64,000 bases of DNA from Octopus sinensis (taxonomy: Eukaryota). Below, piece by piece: positions 1 to 13,940 of the stretch. The stretch is from positions 64,976,001 to 65,040,000 of the forward strand of contig NC_043000.1 of the NCBI RefSeq assembly GCF_006345805.1, written 5' to 3'. The position numbers and the translations under genes were made by a program. The notes under the pieces were generated by a model. It was not told the origin of the DNA. It saw nothing but the letters and a program-made list of their open reading frames with translations, and searched no databases. Numbering within the stretch: position 1 is the first letter of the stretch; the number at the start of each line of letters is the position of its first letter.

Positions 1-653
1 GACCGAAACTGAAAGAAGCCTGTCGTATAAGTGTGTGTGTGTGTTTGACCCCCACAACCGCTTAACATCCTGTGTTGGTGTGTTTACATCCCCGTAACTT
101 ATCGGTTCAGCAACAGAAACAGATAGAATAAGTACAAGGCTTCAAAAAAAATACTGTGGTCGATTCATTCGACTAGAAAATTCTTCAAGGCGGTGCCTTA
201 GCATGGCCGCAGTCTAATGACTGAATCGAGTAAAAGATTAAAAGGTAAACAATTTTAGATCCCCAAGATCTGCAGATTGTAAAACCGTGAACATCTATTT
301 CGAACATTTGTAAAAAGCAAGAAAATTACTACTTGGACTATAACTCTAGGTTTATATTTGTGTTTATTGAGATTCTTGCTGTGTAACTAACTGTTTCAGC
401 GCCAAGCTTGAGAAACTTGTTTTTTCTTGTTGAACAGAAATGTCTCAGCATCAAGCTTGAGAAGTTTGGTGCTGAGCCAATTAGTTTCAACCCAAAAGAA
501 CATGACAGATTACAAAATAAATAGCTCCAGGGAAATATGTAAAACATTCCAGAAGTTTAGCTTGTAGTGTGTACATATTTACACGTGTAGATATACAAGA
601 CATATGTAAATGTTTACAGACATAAATATAAACATAGATTCACAAGGCAATGA

Positions 654-723
654 CATACATACATACATACATACATACATACATACATACATACATACAT
701 ACATACATACATACATACATACA

Positions 724-752
<29 letters not shown>
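654..752. repeat. (TACA)n microsatellite, representative of many arrays
   Basis: Others include (TATG)n at 11575-11665 and 18750-18830; (TA)n at 2485-2550, 3420-3490, 10035-10090 and 13235-13275; (GA)n at 3205-3245, 13275-13330 and 38190-38235; (CA)n at 28215-28300; (TAG)n at 52310-52365. Confidence 0.97.
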
Positions 753-757
<5 letters not shown>

Positions 758-1089
758 CATACGTGCATATATACATACATACATAAACACATACATATTC
801 AAGCCTGATCAATGGAACTTTAAAAATGTGTAGAACTTTCCAGAAGATAGCATTTGTGTATCTATGCGCATGTCCTGACATGCAAATACATGCATGACAA
901 TACGTACATAAAGCAAAACATATAAATCTGATCATGCACAAACTTCAAATATTGCACACATGCACACATACACACACAGATACAATGTTAATGTTGTTGA
1001 AGCTCCAATGAAGCCTTCGATCTAGGTTAGAAATTGACTCTTTTCTATTGGCAAGAAAATTTGAAATAAAACTGAACAGCATACATACA

Positions 1090-1860
1090 TACATAAGTTG
1101 TTCAAACCATATTAATTTCTCAGATTATGTACCTTGAAATTAGGTATCACACTTTGACCCATTGACTGGAGCAATAAAATTGTATTATTGGGGATATATT
1201 CTACTCCCACATTATTAGAAAGCTCATTTAAGTTCTCTGAGAGGCTTGGTGCGTTGTCTAAAACGAGCAGTGCTTCGTTGGAAATATGTTTGGTAATGTA
1301 CCTTTCAATAACAGGACAAGAAAAAAAAAACGTTTGTAAATCATTGTTTGAAAAGATTCTTTGACATACCTGCCTCCTTATTTAAGCGCCAAATTTGAGG
1401 TTGATTAAACTTTGAGTAAGCTTTGAAAGTCCTTGGATTTTGGGAGTGGCATTTTCTCCCAGTAGATGATTTTTGGAAGCTTTAAATCCTGGTGTTGACT
1501 TTTCTTTCCGAGAAATAAAAAGTTTTAACACGCGTGCATTTCCAGAAAAGTGCAGTTTCATTAATATTATATACTTGCTCTGGTGGGTATCCCCCTTTTA
1601 GCAGTCATTTCTTGCTCTACCCACACTCTCAGATGCTCAGGACAACTAGTATCAGTCTGCATTAGCACTGGCAGTTTCATCAGTCATTTTTATGTCGCGC
1701 AGCTTCAAACGCTTCCTTAAACCAGCTCCTAAAAGTTTTTCATTTGAAGTTTCACTTTCCTTTTTCGGTAAATCGCCTTGTTTTTTTTCCTCTCTCTTTG
1801 TATTGCCATAATATTTTACGTCATTGTAGATCGAGTCTGATCCTCTACATTGTTACCATG
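1090..1860 (-). mobile_element. Degenerate Tigger/pogo (DDE_1, CENP-B-like) transposase remnant
   Basis: Minus-strand fragments RKRLKLRDIKMTDETASANAD, GGYPPEQVYNINETALFWK, STPGFKASK and EALLVLDNAPS...PNNTILLLQSMGQSVI match the pogo/TIGD motifs DETALFWK, LDNAPxH and LQPMDQGVI. Stops and frameshifts are present. Confidence 0.85.
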
Positions 1861-2501
1861 CCTGATTGTATTTTTGTTGTTGGCAGCTGGTTATTCAAAA
1901 AATTGGTAGATAGGTTGTGGTGGTATTGGACGTGTTAGTTGCATTGGCATTAGCGTTTGTGGTGATGAGGGTGGGTAATGTTGATGGTAGCAGGTTTTCA
2001 TATTGTCTTGTTAATTGTATTGTTGTTACTGCTTAGCCTCAAGTCAATCTTCACTGACCTAAGATCAAAGGCATTTCATTCATGTTTTAAAATACACTAG
2101 AGTACCACAGTATCTCATGTCATTGTCCATTTATTTTAAATGAAGTTGCTTATCTTGTTGCAGTTCTTGTTGGTCGTTAAGCTGTTGGCAGGCTGGTAAT
2201 GGCAGTGGCTGTATTGGTTTAGACGCTGATGGTAGTGGCAGTGGTGAAGACTGATTTATAGCTGTTGAAATGTGTCACAAACATATTTTAACTAACTAAA
2301 GTGTATGTATGTATGTATGTATGTATGCATGCTTGTGTATGTGTGTGCGTATGTATGTTTGTATGTAGATATATAAATAAACACCCACCAACCTACATCC
2401 ATCCATCCATACATACGTATATACATACACTTAAGATACTCTTTGTGATCCAATAACGTATACAAAAGCACACACACACACATGTATGAATCTATATATA
2501 T

Positions 2502-2545
<44 letters not shown>

Positions 2546-2551
2546 ATATAA

Positions 2552-3204
2552 AATAACAAATTAATAAATAAAACATATGCATATATACATACATATATGT
2601 ACGTACCTACATCTACATGTATATATGCATGCATATATGGGTACAGGACACCAAAAAAAAAAAGACGTCGAACACAATGAGAAACGAAAACAAACACAAA
2701 ACCAAGGAAATGGACATTTTTCTTAAACAACGAAAAAATAGAGTACAGGACATACAACACAAGGAAAATTCCCCCACTTCAGTTGTCTCTGTTTCATCTA
2801 CTCCGCGTTTCGAAGGTAAAGGTGAGACACGACTTCGTTGAAACATTCCTTCCCGCAAAAGGCAAATTAAATAAAATTTGAGATTTTTTGCGGAAGGGTA
2901 AAAATGGTAACAAAAAGAGGACAGTAAAGACAGCACAAAATATAAACAGTAAAAGACAGGACAAGGAGACTAACAGTAACACAGACATTGAGGGCTGTTA
3001 AGCCAAACGAGAGAAAATATTACGAACGCTTTTTGAGAACGGCGAAGGAAAGACACAGGAAAGCCGTCTACACTCGAAGGAAGCGAGGTCAGAAAGACAG
3101 TAGTTTTCTCGTCGCTGGTCAGCGACGGGACAGAGGGGGAGGATTAAGAGAAAGGGAGAGAAAAAAGGGAATGGTTGTAGAGAAAACCAGAAAGAACGAA
3201 GAAT

Positions 3205-3248
<44 letters not shown>

Positions 3249-3406
3249 AGGTAGAAGAAAAGGAAACCAGAAAGAAAGAAGGCTGAGAAAGGGAGGGGGA
3301 CAGAACGGTTAAGAGTGCCCATCATTATTAATATTAAGAACAAACTTACTTACAAATGGATGCGTGCGTTCCGTCATATAATAACAAATTAATAAATAAA
3401 ACATAT
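2552..3406. mobile_element. Purine-rich unclassified insert between (TA)n tracts with a 27-bp direct repeat at both ends; possibly Penelope-terminal derived
   Basis: aataacaaattaataaataaaacatat occurs at 2552-2578 and 3380-3406; internal (GA)n tract; decayed hammerhead-like motif at 2791-2844. Confidence 0.4.
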
Positions 3407-3417
3407 ATATGTATGTT

Positions 3418-3497
<80 letters not shown>

Positions 3498-4271
3498 ATA
3501 TATGTGTGTATATATATATATGTGTGTGTGTGTGTATGCATATATATATATATATGTATATATATACATGCATGTATTGATTGTAGTTTTTCAAATTGTT
3601 TAGCATATTTTGATCTTAATTAAAACACCGGGAAGCTACCTTTTGGCTAAGAAGAAAATGTAGATTTTGAAGTGCTAAATATATTCGAGTTTCCGTAAGC
3701 ACGAAATTACAGACTGTATCCCCACCTTTGTAACTGTGTTTTGTCCTGTGTTTTGTCCCTTTATGTTTTAATTGATTTTTGTTAGCCCTTGTGGCCAATA
3801 AACGAATTAATTATTTACAATTTTCGTAAGTGCAAAATCTCGTACCCTGAGGCAGCCGTAACACAGGAAGTGCCTGTAAATAGATTACAGAGTGACCGGT
3901 AATAAAGTCACAGGAAAACAAGTCACAATTTTGGCCATTTTCGACCCTCTACACAGTTCCCTTGACTCCTGGTCCTTTGTTGGCTCAAAGTCAACACAGC
4001 ATCTGATCAATATAGCTTATACTTGGAATAAGTTTATTTTGTTGTGCACAAATGGTTGTATTAATCTTTTTCTAATCGCTCGGTAGTTGGTCAGACACCA
4101 CAACCAAACCATAGTAGTTTCACGTGATCAGTCTATTAAGCAGCTAATCAGCGTGAAGCCATTGCATGATTCAATCTTCCAGAATCTTCTTGTTTCTTGG
4201 TGCCTACGCTCTTTACAGAATTGAAAGGCGGCTGAGCGATATACACCTCCACTCTTGCCATAGACGGTCCC

Positions 4272-4331
4272 GGCAGACGACCCAAGAAGACAGCTAAGGC
4301 AGACGACCCAAGAAGACAGCTAAGGCAGACG
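4272..4331. repeat. 26-bp tandem repeat, 2.3 copies
   Basis: ggcagacgacccaagaagacagctaa twice exactly, plus ggcagacg. Confidence 0.95.
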
Positions 4332-5249
4332 TCTCACTCAGATAGATGACCAAGAACCTCTGTCGCCACGAAGATAGCACGTTTGTTTTCAGATATGTTG
4401 GGTAACCTGCATGATGCCGTACCAATAGCCTTCTGTAATCTCAGAGCGTTGAGAGCGGCCGACTCGTACACATGTCTCACCTCTTGCCTAGCAGAATGTT
4501 GCGGCAGCCGAGCGACATGTGTCTCCATTCTCGCCATCCGACGGTTCCGGACATTTGCACAGACAATTCCAGGTTCTTGGACAGACTGAACTAAACATTC
4601 ACACTATGATTCATAAGTTACTTCTTCGAACACGGCTCGGTTTTTCCTTTCTCCGAGTCTGTAATTATTGTCGTTGTTAACTGTAAAAATCCCAACGTAG
4701 TTTGTCACTCTGTACGTCGTTATGACTTCTTCAGTTAAATTGTTCATTTGTGTTGTTCAGTTACTTCTACACGCAGCCAAGAAACATTTATTCATGCATT
4801 AAGTCAACCAGCTACCATAGCAACATCGACGAAACACCATAAGACCACTCGTGACACTACAATAGGCCCAAGGCCAGCAATCTGAAGGGATGATTACATC
4901 GACCCCAGTACTCACTCAATTGGTACTTATTTTTCGACCCCCACAAGAATGAAAAGCAAAGACGGACAGAATGCCACTGAGCATTTCGTTTTTACCCGTT
5001 CGCTGCCTTCCAGCGACTGTGAATCGCTTTATAGTAGTAATAGTAGTAGTAGTAGCAGTAGCAGCAGCAGCAGATAGTTCAGAAATTTAGCACAAAAATT
5101 GCAATAACAAAGCCATAATACCAGCAGGATAAGTGGAAATTTGTGTAAGTTAAATAAATGTTTTAAAAATATTTACTACAACAATTTGTGTAGAAATTTA
5201 GTTGACTTAATGAATTTTTAAATCGACTGTTATTACTATTTCCATAAAC

Positions 5250-7100
5250 TTCATTAGCCAAAGCAATGAGTTCCATATTTCTATGACATGCTTGCTTACT
5301 AAAGTAATAAGAACACAAGATTCATACTTATAAGTGGATGCACCAATGCTGTAGTTGCATGTTCACAAATCTGGCAAAGAAATGTAGTTGGAAAAGGAAA
5401 CCTCGATTTTAAGTAACATTTTGTGACCGAACGTCTATTTACGATGCACTGTTTCCAATGAAGTCTGCCAATTTTTTCTAATCATTGCTTGTAAGTGAAA
5501 TTCTTGAAACTAAAAAGGCATTTCGAGAAATATTTTTGGAGTCTTTCAACTAAGTCTATCGTACAAATGAAATTTGGATTCAAGACAACAGAGTGAAAAG
5601 TAGGAAAAATATCATATAATGCATGTTTTATACATGCAACTATGGAATTCAATATTTCTATCCTCGAAGGCTTTGGATATATATATATATATATGACTGT
5701 ATCCTTTGATAACAATGTCAAATATACTTAATATATATTTAAGATAACAAGTTCTTTGCATCCTTCACGAAGGTAACGAAGTCCACTGAGAACGAAATGG
5801 TAATATATTTGTCGACAGAGACCTTCAAACCATAGTTTGTACACTAAAGTACAAGAGAGCTAAAGATATATTTAAACAATGCTACAGCTGAAATATTTTT
5901 CAGTTCATTTGTATTTTAATATAATCGTCATGAATATTTAAATTTACAGTTTATACTCGTTTTCTTTTACCAATATCATTATCCACTTATCTCCAATAAT
6001 TTGTCAGTTGGAGCGTCTCGCGCGTACGACTACGTTAAGATAATTAAATCCAGGCTGGTTAGTGATTCACAAATATGTGCATCACATGTAGCGTCAAGTT
6101 TTAAAGCAAAATATTTCGATCAAACATGTTTTATGATATAGGGTAATAATTTTTAATGTTTGACTGGGCACCCCTTTTATAAACAGGCATGACAACATAG
6201 TCATTCAAATATAAATTCTCTAAATAGATGCTAAAAAGTTTACTACGAGTGTCTAATGTGCACAGTTGGAATATTTTTAGCCTACAAGTATATTTCATTT
6301 TGAGAGTTTTTATAGCATGAAAAATAAAAGAATCATCGATGGATTTGTCATTCAAGATTTCATAATATTAGTATTGCAGGTATTGAATAATAAAAGACAT
6401 TTTGATTTCTGATCGTTATCCCAAATCATTTCATATGCATTACTGGATTTTATTGGTAGTCTATATTTAAACATATTTAAATATGTTACTCACGTAGCTG
6501 AAAAATTTCTTAAGAATCTTTAGATTTTAAAGTAGAAATTTCTTTTTCCAAAAGTTTATTGCTATAATTTTTCAAGCTTCGTTTGTTAGAGACAGATGGA
6601 TTAATTCAAACATTTTTTGAACATTATTTTTTTTTACCTTGCTGGTATTTCAAAAATTCTTTCGCTTATCTAGTTTCGAATATACTTATATATAAATGGT
6701 AAGATAAATCAAGACATTCATTAATAGTTATTCAGTCACGAAAAAAATTCCATTCTATACTAAATAAATATCGCCCTTTGACATTAAAATCAGCTTTACG
6801 AAAAATATACTTTTAGCAAATGGATAGCATTTGTAGTCATGAATTGAGAGAGTACCCAACGAAAGAATTCTTAATGTCACTACATTGAAACGGATTGACC
6901 ACAAAAAATTTATGTTTATTTTTGTCCAAATGTATCTACATTCATGGGTACTTTCGGATAAGAATGAAGTCAAAATAGTCAGTTGTAAAACTACTTGAGC
7001 TGAAAGGTACGGACTGATCAATTCCTTAAAGGTTAAAATTCTCCAATAATATCTTAAAGTTATGGCTTGAATTTTAAAGAAATGTTGTCTTAGTTTCTGT
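5250..7100 (-). mobile_element. Highly degenerate CR1/L2-type LINE (endonuclease and RT remnants)
   Basis: Minus-strand fragments in the correct order: LILMSKGDIYL (APE-like), VMPVYKRGAQSNIKNYYPIS (RT N-terminal PIYKKG..NYRPIS), NQPGF (QHGF), TIDLVERLQKYFSKCLFSFKNFTYKQ*LEKIG (C-terminal DIxLLERVQ...SYEERL). Confidence 0.7.
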
Positions 7101-7249
7101 TAAGGAAAATGGATCGCGACAAAATTAGTGCTCTATAATATTGCAGCAAGAGCACAGTTTCACTGCTGAAAAATTTATGTCTACCCACAGCAATTCGCCA
7201 GTGGGACTGGCAGGTGCACACCAAGTGTTGGAATTAATAAAAGTAGTGT

Positions 7250-7284
<35 letters not shown>

Positions 7285-10052
7285 CTTTGTTTACATTTGC
7301 TAGACAGCCTCACCAGAAATCTTTATCTGTCAGTCAACACAAAAGGTTGTGATAAAGAATCATGTGGAGTAAATAAATTTTCGGTAACGATTATAATGAT
7401 AATGGTAAAGATAATGATAATAATGGCAAACAAAAAATGAGATGAAGATACATAATAATAATTTAAAACTTTCGAAACAGATCTAGTATTGAAATAAATA
7501 CATTATTTTGAAATCGTCGAGATTTTTCTTAATATGTCGGAAGCTTTTATCTTTTAAGTTTCTATAAATGCTAGAATTATGATCAATATATATATTATGA
7601 TAAGAAAAAAAAAACGATATGGTCATGCACCAAAGTTTATTACTATCACTATGTTCCCCTCAAGCATTTGCAGCAGCATCACCCGTTGGTTTGATGTTAC
7701 TGACCCTAAATTTCACCTTCACGTTTGAGTAATTACATGTAACAGAGGTTTCGTTGTGTATTTTAAACCACCCGTTATTGCATTTCTATAACGCTTGGTG
7801 GTGCTTTCCTTTGCGTTGTACTTAAATGTTAGTGATGGAGCGTTCTACTGGCGCGACTCCTAGATCTAGTCAGGGTGTGCGAAGCAGTCAACACTGAACT
7901 GGTCGGTAAAGATGCTCTTCGTACTAGCCGATTTGACATTTTTGACGGGAATTTGAAAATTTCACTTTTGTGATAGCTTCCGACCATCCACAAAACGCCA
8001 TAGGTTTTGAATTTTACCCTGCTCCCCCTTCCCGACAAAATGGGCTTAGTAATTTTCGAGAGCTTCATTAATGACATTTATGTCATACTTTTCTCGCTGG
8101 AATGCGTCCGTCAACATCGTGTTTAACTTTTCGTTATCAAAAATTTCCAGACGTTATCAGTTTATCGAAAGAGTATGGTACAATGATTGCCCTCAGTATT
8201 TTCCAAGCTATGAAAAAAAATTTTAATTTGTAGAAACCGCAGATGGTTGGTTGAACATGTATCATTTTCGCCCCCAAATTAAAGTTTTCATAACCGAGTT
8301 GTTTTCGTCTTTTGGTCGAATGTAATCGGTTTTCAGTTTCTTAAAGTGTTCTCATTCAGTTTTCTCTGTAAATACATTTTTGTCTTTGAATCCATTATGA
8401 ACAAACATAAAATTTATTGAAAAATTCGAGCAAATAAAGTGATACCAAATCCTACAAGTCACTCATTCGATAGTTTTATCTCTGGCTTGTTTCTTACAGG
8501 CTTTAGCTTTCAAGATGTTTCAGCGATCTAAATTCGGTTTCGGCATATGTTTCTTGATGTTGTTTTCAAATAAATGTAGATCTAGATATTAATACATTTA
8601 GCCCAAATATATGATGCCATTGCTATGTGGTTAGTTGAAGGGAAAGGCGAAAAGGAAGAGAGGGAAGAGTGTCAGTGGCGAGAGCTAGGAGAAAGGGATC
8701 GATATGTTACATTCTTAAATAGTTACTTGAAGGAAGAGATAGAGATACAGAAATAGAAGGTGTTTGGCAAAGGAGAATGTGAATTGTTGAGAGGAGGGGA
8801 GAGAGAGAAGTAGAGATGTGTGTGTATGTTTACTGAAAGAAACGTGGGCGGGGAAAACACTCAAACTTGTCATGATGCGTCGATATATTTCAAATAGCAC
8901 GTCTGTGCAGTTACATAATTTTAAACGTCATCTAATAGAATATTAGAAGTTATTTGTTGTTGCAGGTTTAATGTTCAAACGTTTCTATATCCTTTACTCG
9001 TCAATGTATCTATCTATCTATCCCCATAGATAGCTACATGAACGGATAGAAGTTAGACGGATGAGTGACTTGATATAGTCATTGTTTTGTTTTGTTTCTT
9101 TTTGTTATTGTTGTTAGGTTTAAATATGTACCCGTATTGTCCGAGTAGACTGATAGAAAGAAAAATGGATAGCTAAATAGATAGGCGGATTGTATATGTA
9201 TAAGTATGGTCGGAGGTAAGTATATAAGACAGATCTACAGGTATATCAAAAGACATACAAGCAGATGGCTAGTTGAGCTAAAATGAAATGAAAAAAAAAA
9301 AAGAAAAGCAATGAAAATAATCTCGATCGGCAAATAATTTGGACTGAACCTTGTTGCTGATAAGAAGTGTGGAGGTGGTCGTCGTCGTGTTACTAAGAGC
9401 GATGGTGGTTGGAGAACTAAAAATATGTAATCTTTTGTTTTTTATTTTAATGTTCATATTGTTCATTACTTAACGCATGCACTTTAGTGCAATAATCATC
9501 TGATCTATAGAAACTTATAGATGAGGTAAGCTAACAAGAGGAAAAAATGATGGGGAGGTTTAGGGTACGGCGTAGACAGGAGCAAGATGGTTGAATTACT
9601 AGAACAAGCACGGGAGCATCCAAGCGTGTACGTTTAGGACAAATTTATAAAAATGCTTTAGACAGGCAAAGAATTGAACCTTTTTACTTTTAACTTTCGA
9701 CGTAAACTGCCTCAGATGTGTTTTTGTTTGATCTCCAGTGCATCATGAAATCAAAAATATTGAGAACCACTGAACTAAGGTGCATTATTCATTTATGTAC
9801 GTGTTAAAATAGTCTACGTATTTAATTTATTTGGAGATAAATATTGAAGAATTACACACACACACACACAAGAAAACAAATCACGTGTGTCTGTGTTTTT
9901 TAGTGTATCATTGTTATTTTAGTCCTAGGTCAACCCTCTTCAATCATTCCAATTGTCATATGTGTGTGTGTGTGTGTGTATGTGCGTATATATATATATT
10001 AGGGCGGCGAGCTGGCAGAATTGTTAGCCCCCTGTGGGCAATAAAGATATAG

Positions 10053-10106
<54 letters not shown>

Positions 10107-11810
10107 ATATAGTATGATTTGAGAGAAACTTGGTTGCTATTACTAGAGATTTCCCTAGAGGTTTCCTCACTGGGTCATGTGTTTGTACACAAACCTATGT
10201 AGGAAATTGGTAAAGTTTCTGTAAAGGAGCAGATAAAATTAGATACCAATTTCTTCTTCATTTGTTTATCGTGTTATTTTAATAGCAAATTTATCTTCCC
10301 TATCTTAACTCCAATAATAATGGCTGGCAGATAGCAATGAGAAGCTGTCAACTTATTACATTTGAATGACCTTAGCAAGCAGATTGGATGATGGTCAAGC
10401 CAAAAGAAAGAAAAATCAGCTGCTTAATGTGGTTGGGGAAAGGAAGCAAGTGTGTTGAATAATATATCAGGATGAGATGTTTGATGAGAGGAAATTGTTG
10501 AGGAAATGGGCACCAGCTTTGAGAAGTTGGGATAATGGTAAAATTATCAGAAATGGATTTACTGGAAAATACGTTTTCGACTTGAATTCACAATTTCCTT
10601 GCAATTTTTTTTCCTCAGGAAATATTTCTTACCAATCTTTATCTTACTTAGAAATAGTTTCCTTTCAGTGTTTTGGTTTCCTCTTATCATTGGCCTTTTT
10701 TCTCCATCAACCTTCCTTAAATTCTTGTATCATATATTTACTTATTTTTACCAACCACAGAATAGTTAGGTGCTAAGTTGATCATTAAAAAAAAAACAAC
10801 GCTGGGCATCAAGCTAAATACGACGAAAAGAGAGAATTTGTAATTTATCTTCATACCATCAATTCTATCTCAAAATCATGAGAGCAATTTCCTTGTATTA
10901 GGAAGGAAAAAGGAAACATAATCCAGATACTATGCGTGCTTGATTTTATAATTGTGTGAGTGTATACGTGTGTGTGTGCATGTGTGACTGTTGGTGTGTG
11001 AGCGTGTGTGTGTGTATTTATTGTCATCTGCATAGATTAACAAGCAATTCTCAACAAGTTTTATGGCACTCTTGAGTTGACCAGATGCCAAAATCTATAG
11101 TTTCTAAAGTACAGTTTGGAAGTGAAGAAGTTAGAAGAAGAAATTATGTTGGAGCAGCTGGAATCAAGGGTTCTTAAGTCATCTCTCTACCATCTTCTTT
11201 CCCTCGGTAATTATTTCAACTCTAGTAGGACACTCATTTTATTGACTTTCAGGAGAGCAAATACTATGTTGATTTGATCTAGCAGGATTTGATCTGCTGG
11301 GCAAGACTTTTCAGTTGGCTGACATGGAAGATTCGCACCTCAATATATTTGGATGCAGAGTGGGGAGGTTTCCATTTCTTTTTCTCTTCTTTCTTTTTTA
11401 ATAGGACTTGTTAGATATTAAACATTGCTCCTTCTCTCATTGGATCTCTGAACCCAGACTGAAGCCTTGAGTGAACCCCTGTTTTAGAGGTCCTTAAATA
11501 TTGTATTTAATGTTCAGATAGAGATCTGTGTGTATTCCAGTGTGTGAGTTTATGTATTGTGCGTGCATGCATGCATGTATGTATGTATGTATGTATGTAT
11601 GTATGTATGTATGTATGTATGTATGTATGTATGTATGTATGTATGTATGTATGTATGTATGTATGTGTATATATATGTGTGTATGTGTGTGTATAGAATT
11701 GCTGTGTATACATGTATGTGCCTCTGTCTTATAGTATACGTTTGTGTATGGGTTACAACATTGTTGGGTCAAAAATATAGGTAGCTGGACTATTATGTTT
11801 GCGTCAACAT

Positions 11811-12078
11811 ATGTATGTGTGTGTGTGATTTATTGTTTTTAATGTATGTGTGTGTGTGTGTGATTTATTGTTTTTAATGTATGTGTGTGTGTGTGTGATT
11901 TATTGTTTTTAATGTACGTGTGTGTGTGTGTGTGATTTATTGTTTTTAATGTATGTGTGTGTGTGTGTGATTTATTGTTTTTAATGTATGTGTGTGTGTG
12001 TGTGATTTATTGTTTTTAATGTATGTGTGTGTGTGTGTGATTTATTGTTTTAATGTATGCGTGTGTGTGTGTGTGTGC
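11811..12078. repeat. ~35-bp minisatellite built around (GT)n, 7 full units plus a partial unit
   Basis: Unit aatgtat(gt)n-gatttattgttttt; the gatttattgttt core is seen 7 times. Confidence 0.95.
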
Positions 12079-13231
12079 ATTGCATATAAAGAAGGTAAGT
12101 AGTGTTAATTCGTTTGTATGTGTGATTATTCGTATGCGCTTATGATTTATTGTGTTTGTGTGTTTGCGTTTTGCAAATAAAGGAAAATAGTGTGTGTGTG
12201 TGTATGTGTGTGTCTGAAATTAGGATTTAGTAACTGGCATACTCCATGACGTGGGTTCCAGTCGATGCCACAAACGGAACAGCTGGCTCATGAAACTAGC
12301 GTGTAAGTGGCTGAGCACTCCACAGACACAGATACCCTTAATGTAGTTCTCAAGGAAATTCAGAATGTAATAAAGCTGGCCCTTTGAAATACAGGTGTTA
12401 CTCATTTTCTCCAGCTGAGTGGACTAAAGCAACATGAAATATAGTGTCTTGCTCAAGGACACAACGCGCTGCCGAGAATCGAACTCACAACCTTACGCTC
12501 GTGAGCCGATTGTCCTAACCACTTAACCACGTGCCTTCAAAGGGGGTTTATTATGTCTGTTAATGTGTGAGATGAAAGTGAACAGCGGATGTATGGAAAA
12601 CGCTTGTTTTTTGTATGTGTATGTGTAGGGTTGGGGAATCAGGAGCCGACAAATTGATGGGTGTGTGTATACATCTGTGTTATTTGTGCTGAGTTTGTCC
12701 AAAAGGAAACTGGTATCACTTTATGTGGATATTTGTCTGTGAGTGTATATAATGTTCAAAGAGTTTTGTGCGTGAAATATTTCGCATATTAATGTATGTA
12801 TGTGTGTGAGTGAGTGCATGCATGTGTGCATGTGTGTACTGTATATCAGAGCAAGTAGTGTTTATTGTAAGACATGTGGTATTTATCATATAAATGTATG
12901 CATGTGTATGAGTGGTGTCTGTGTATGTTTGATGAAATAAAGAAAGTGTATAATGCTTTTGATTGAATTATATATATAAATTTGTTCAAACGATTTTTCC
13001 TTTGTAGACATGCTGTAATGTAAATTTCCATTTATTTCTATAATTAATAAAAAAAAAACCTAATCTGCATGAAAACTGTTTTTTGCCTTTACCTCATAAC
13101 AAAGAAATTTAAAAAAGAGGAACATTAATTTTGTTAATCGAGGTATTGATGTGGGTGCATGCATGTGAGTGTGTGTGTGTGTGTGCGCGTGCATGTGTGT
13201 GCCCATGTATGTATGTATGTATCAATCTATT

Positions 13232-13318
<87 letters not shown>

Positions 13319-13368
13319 AAGAGAGAGATACTTATATATATATATTTTTATGTATATATGCACACACA

Positions 13369-13459
<91 letters not shown>

Positions 13460-13608
13460 AAATAAATAATTGTATAAATATAATTATAATAAGGGCACTA
13501 ATGAGTGGCGTCACATGCTAGAAATAGACGCCAATGGCTCTAAGAACTACATAATTTAATCTTTTTTGTTCACTTCCTTCGCTTTCAGCCCGTGCCAATG
13601 TAGTAAAT

Positions 13609-13940
13609 GAAGGTAGGTTGGGGAAGATGTGCGAAGTGGAGGGGTCGGACTGGAGTCACCGGAAGGCTCGGAGCTTACCTTCCCCTCCTCCAAATGAGCC
13701 TACAACCTACGTGACCTGGTCCACAATTTCTTCCCTAACCCCACCTCCCAGCCCGGCTCGTTCCCGTGCTCCCGCCCACGCCGCTGTATTTGCCCACTTG
13801 TCCCTATCTCTCCAACACCACCATCCTCACAGGCACCCATCATTGTTCTTATCATATCACTGACTCCTTTACCCGCACTTCTAGCAACATCATTTACTGT
13901 ATCTCCTGCTCTTTCTGCTCTTCTCTGTGCATCGGTCAAA
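13609..13940 (+). mobile_element. Penelope-like element fragment (Zn-linker and start of GIY-YIG) with an inverted 5' segment
   Basis: 13674-13940 encodes DSFTRTSSNIIYCISCSFCSSLCIGQ and aligns to about 59360-59595. 13609-13673 is the reverse complement of about 59305-59368. Confidence 0.85.

Noticed and set aside
579-941. [16 protein letters not shown]-type ORFs here and throughout the window
   Set aside because: They are translations of (TACA)n, (TA)n, (GT)n and (GA)n microsatellites, not genes.
1860-2260. Pro/Gln-rich minus-strand reading after an acceptor-like tttcaacag
   Set aside because: It hits a stop after about 43 codons, continues as low-complexity sequence, and has no partner exon.
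4334-4603. Minus-strand ORF MARMETHVARL... and overlapping + ORF
   Set aside because: No family resemblance I can support; kept only as part of a weak promoter hypothesis.
7829-8077. 82-aa minus-strand ORF containing RRASLP
   Set aside because: No recognisable domain and no consistent exon chain; it may be upstream LINE debris or chance.
11811-12078. Regular repeat resembling a CRISPR array
   Set aside because: The 'spacers' are just (GT)n, there are no cas genes, and the context is eukaryotic.
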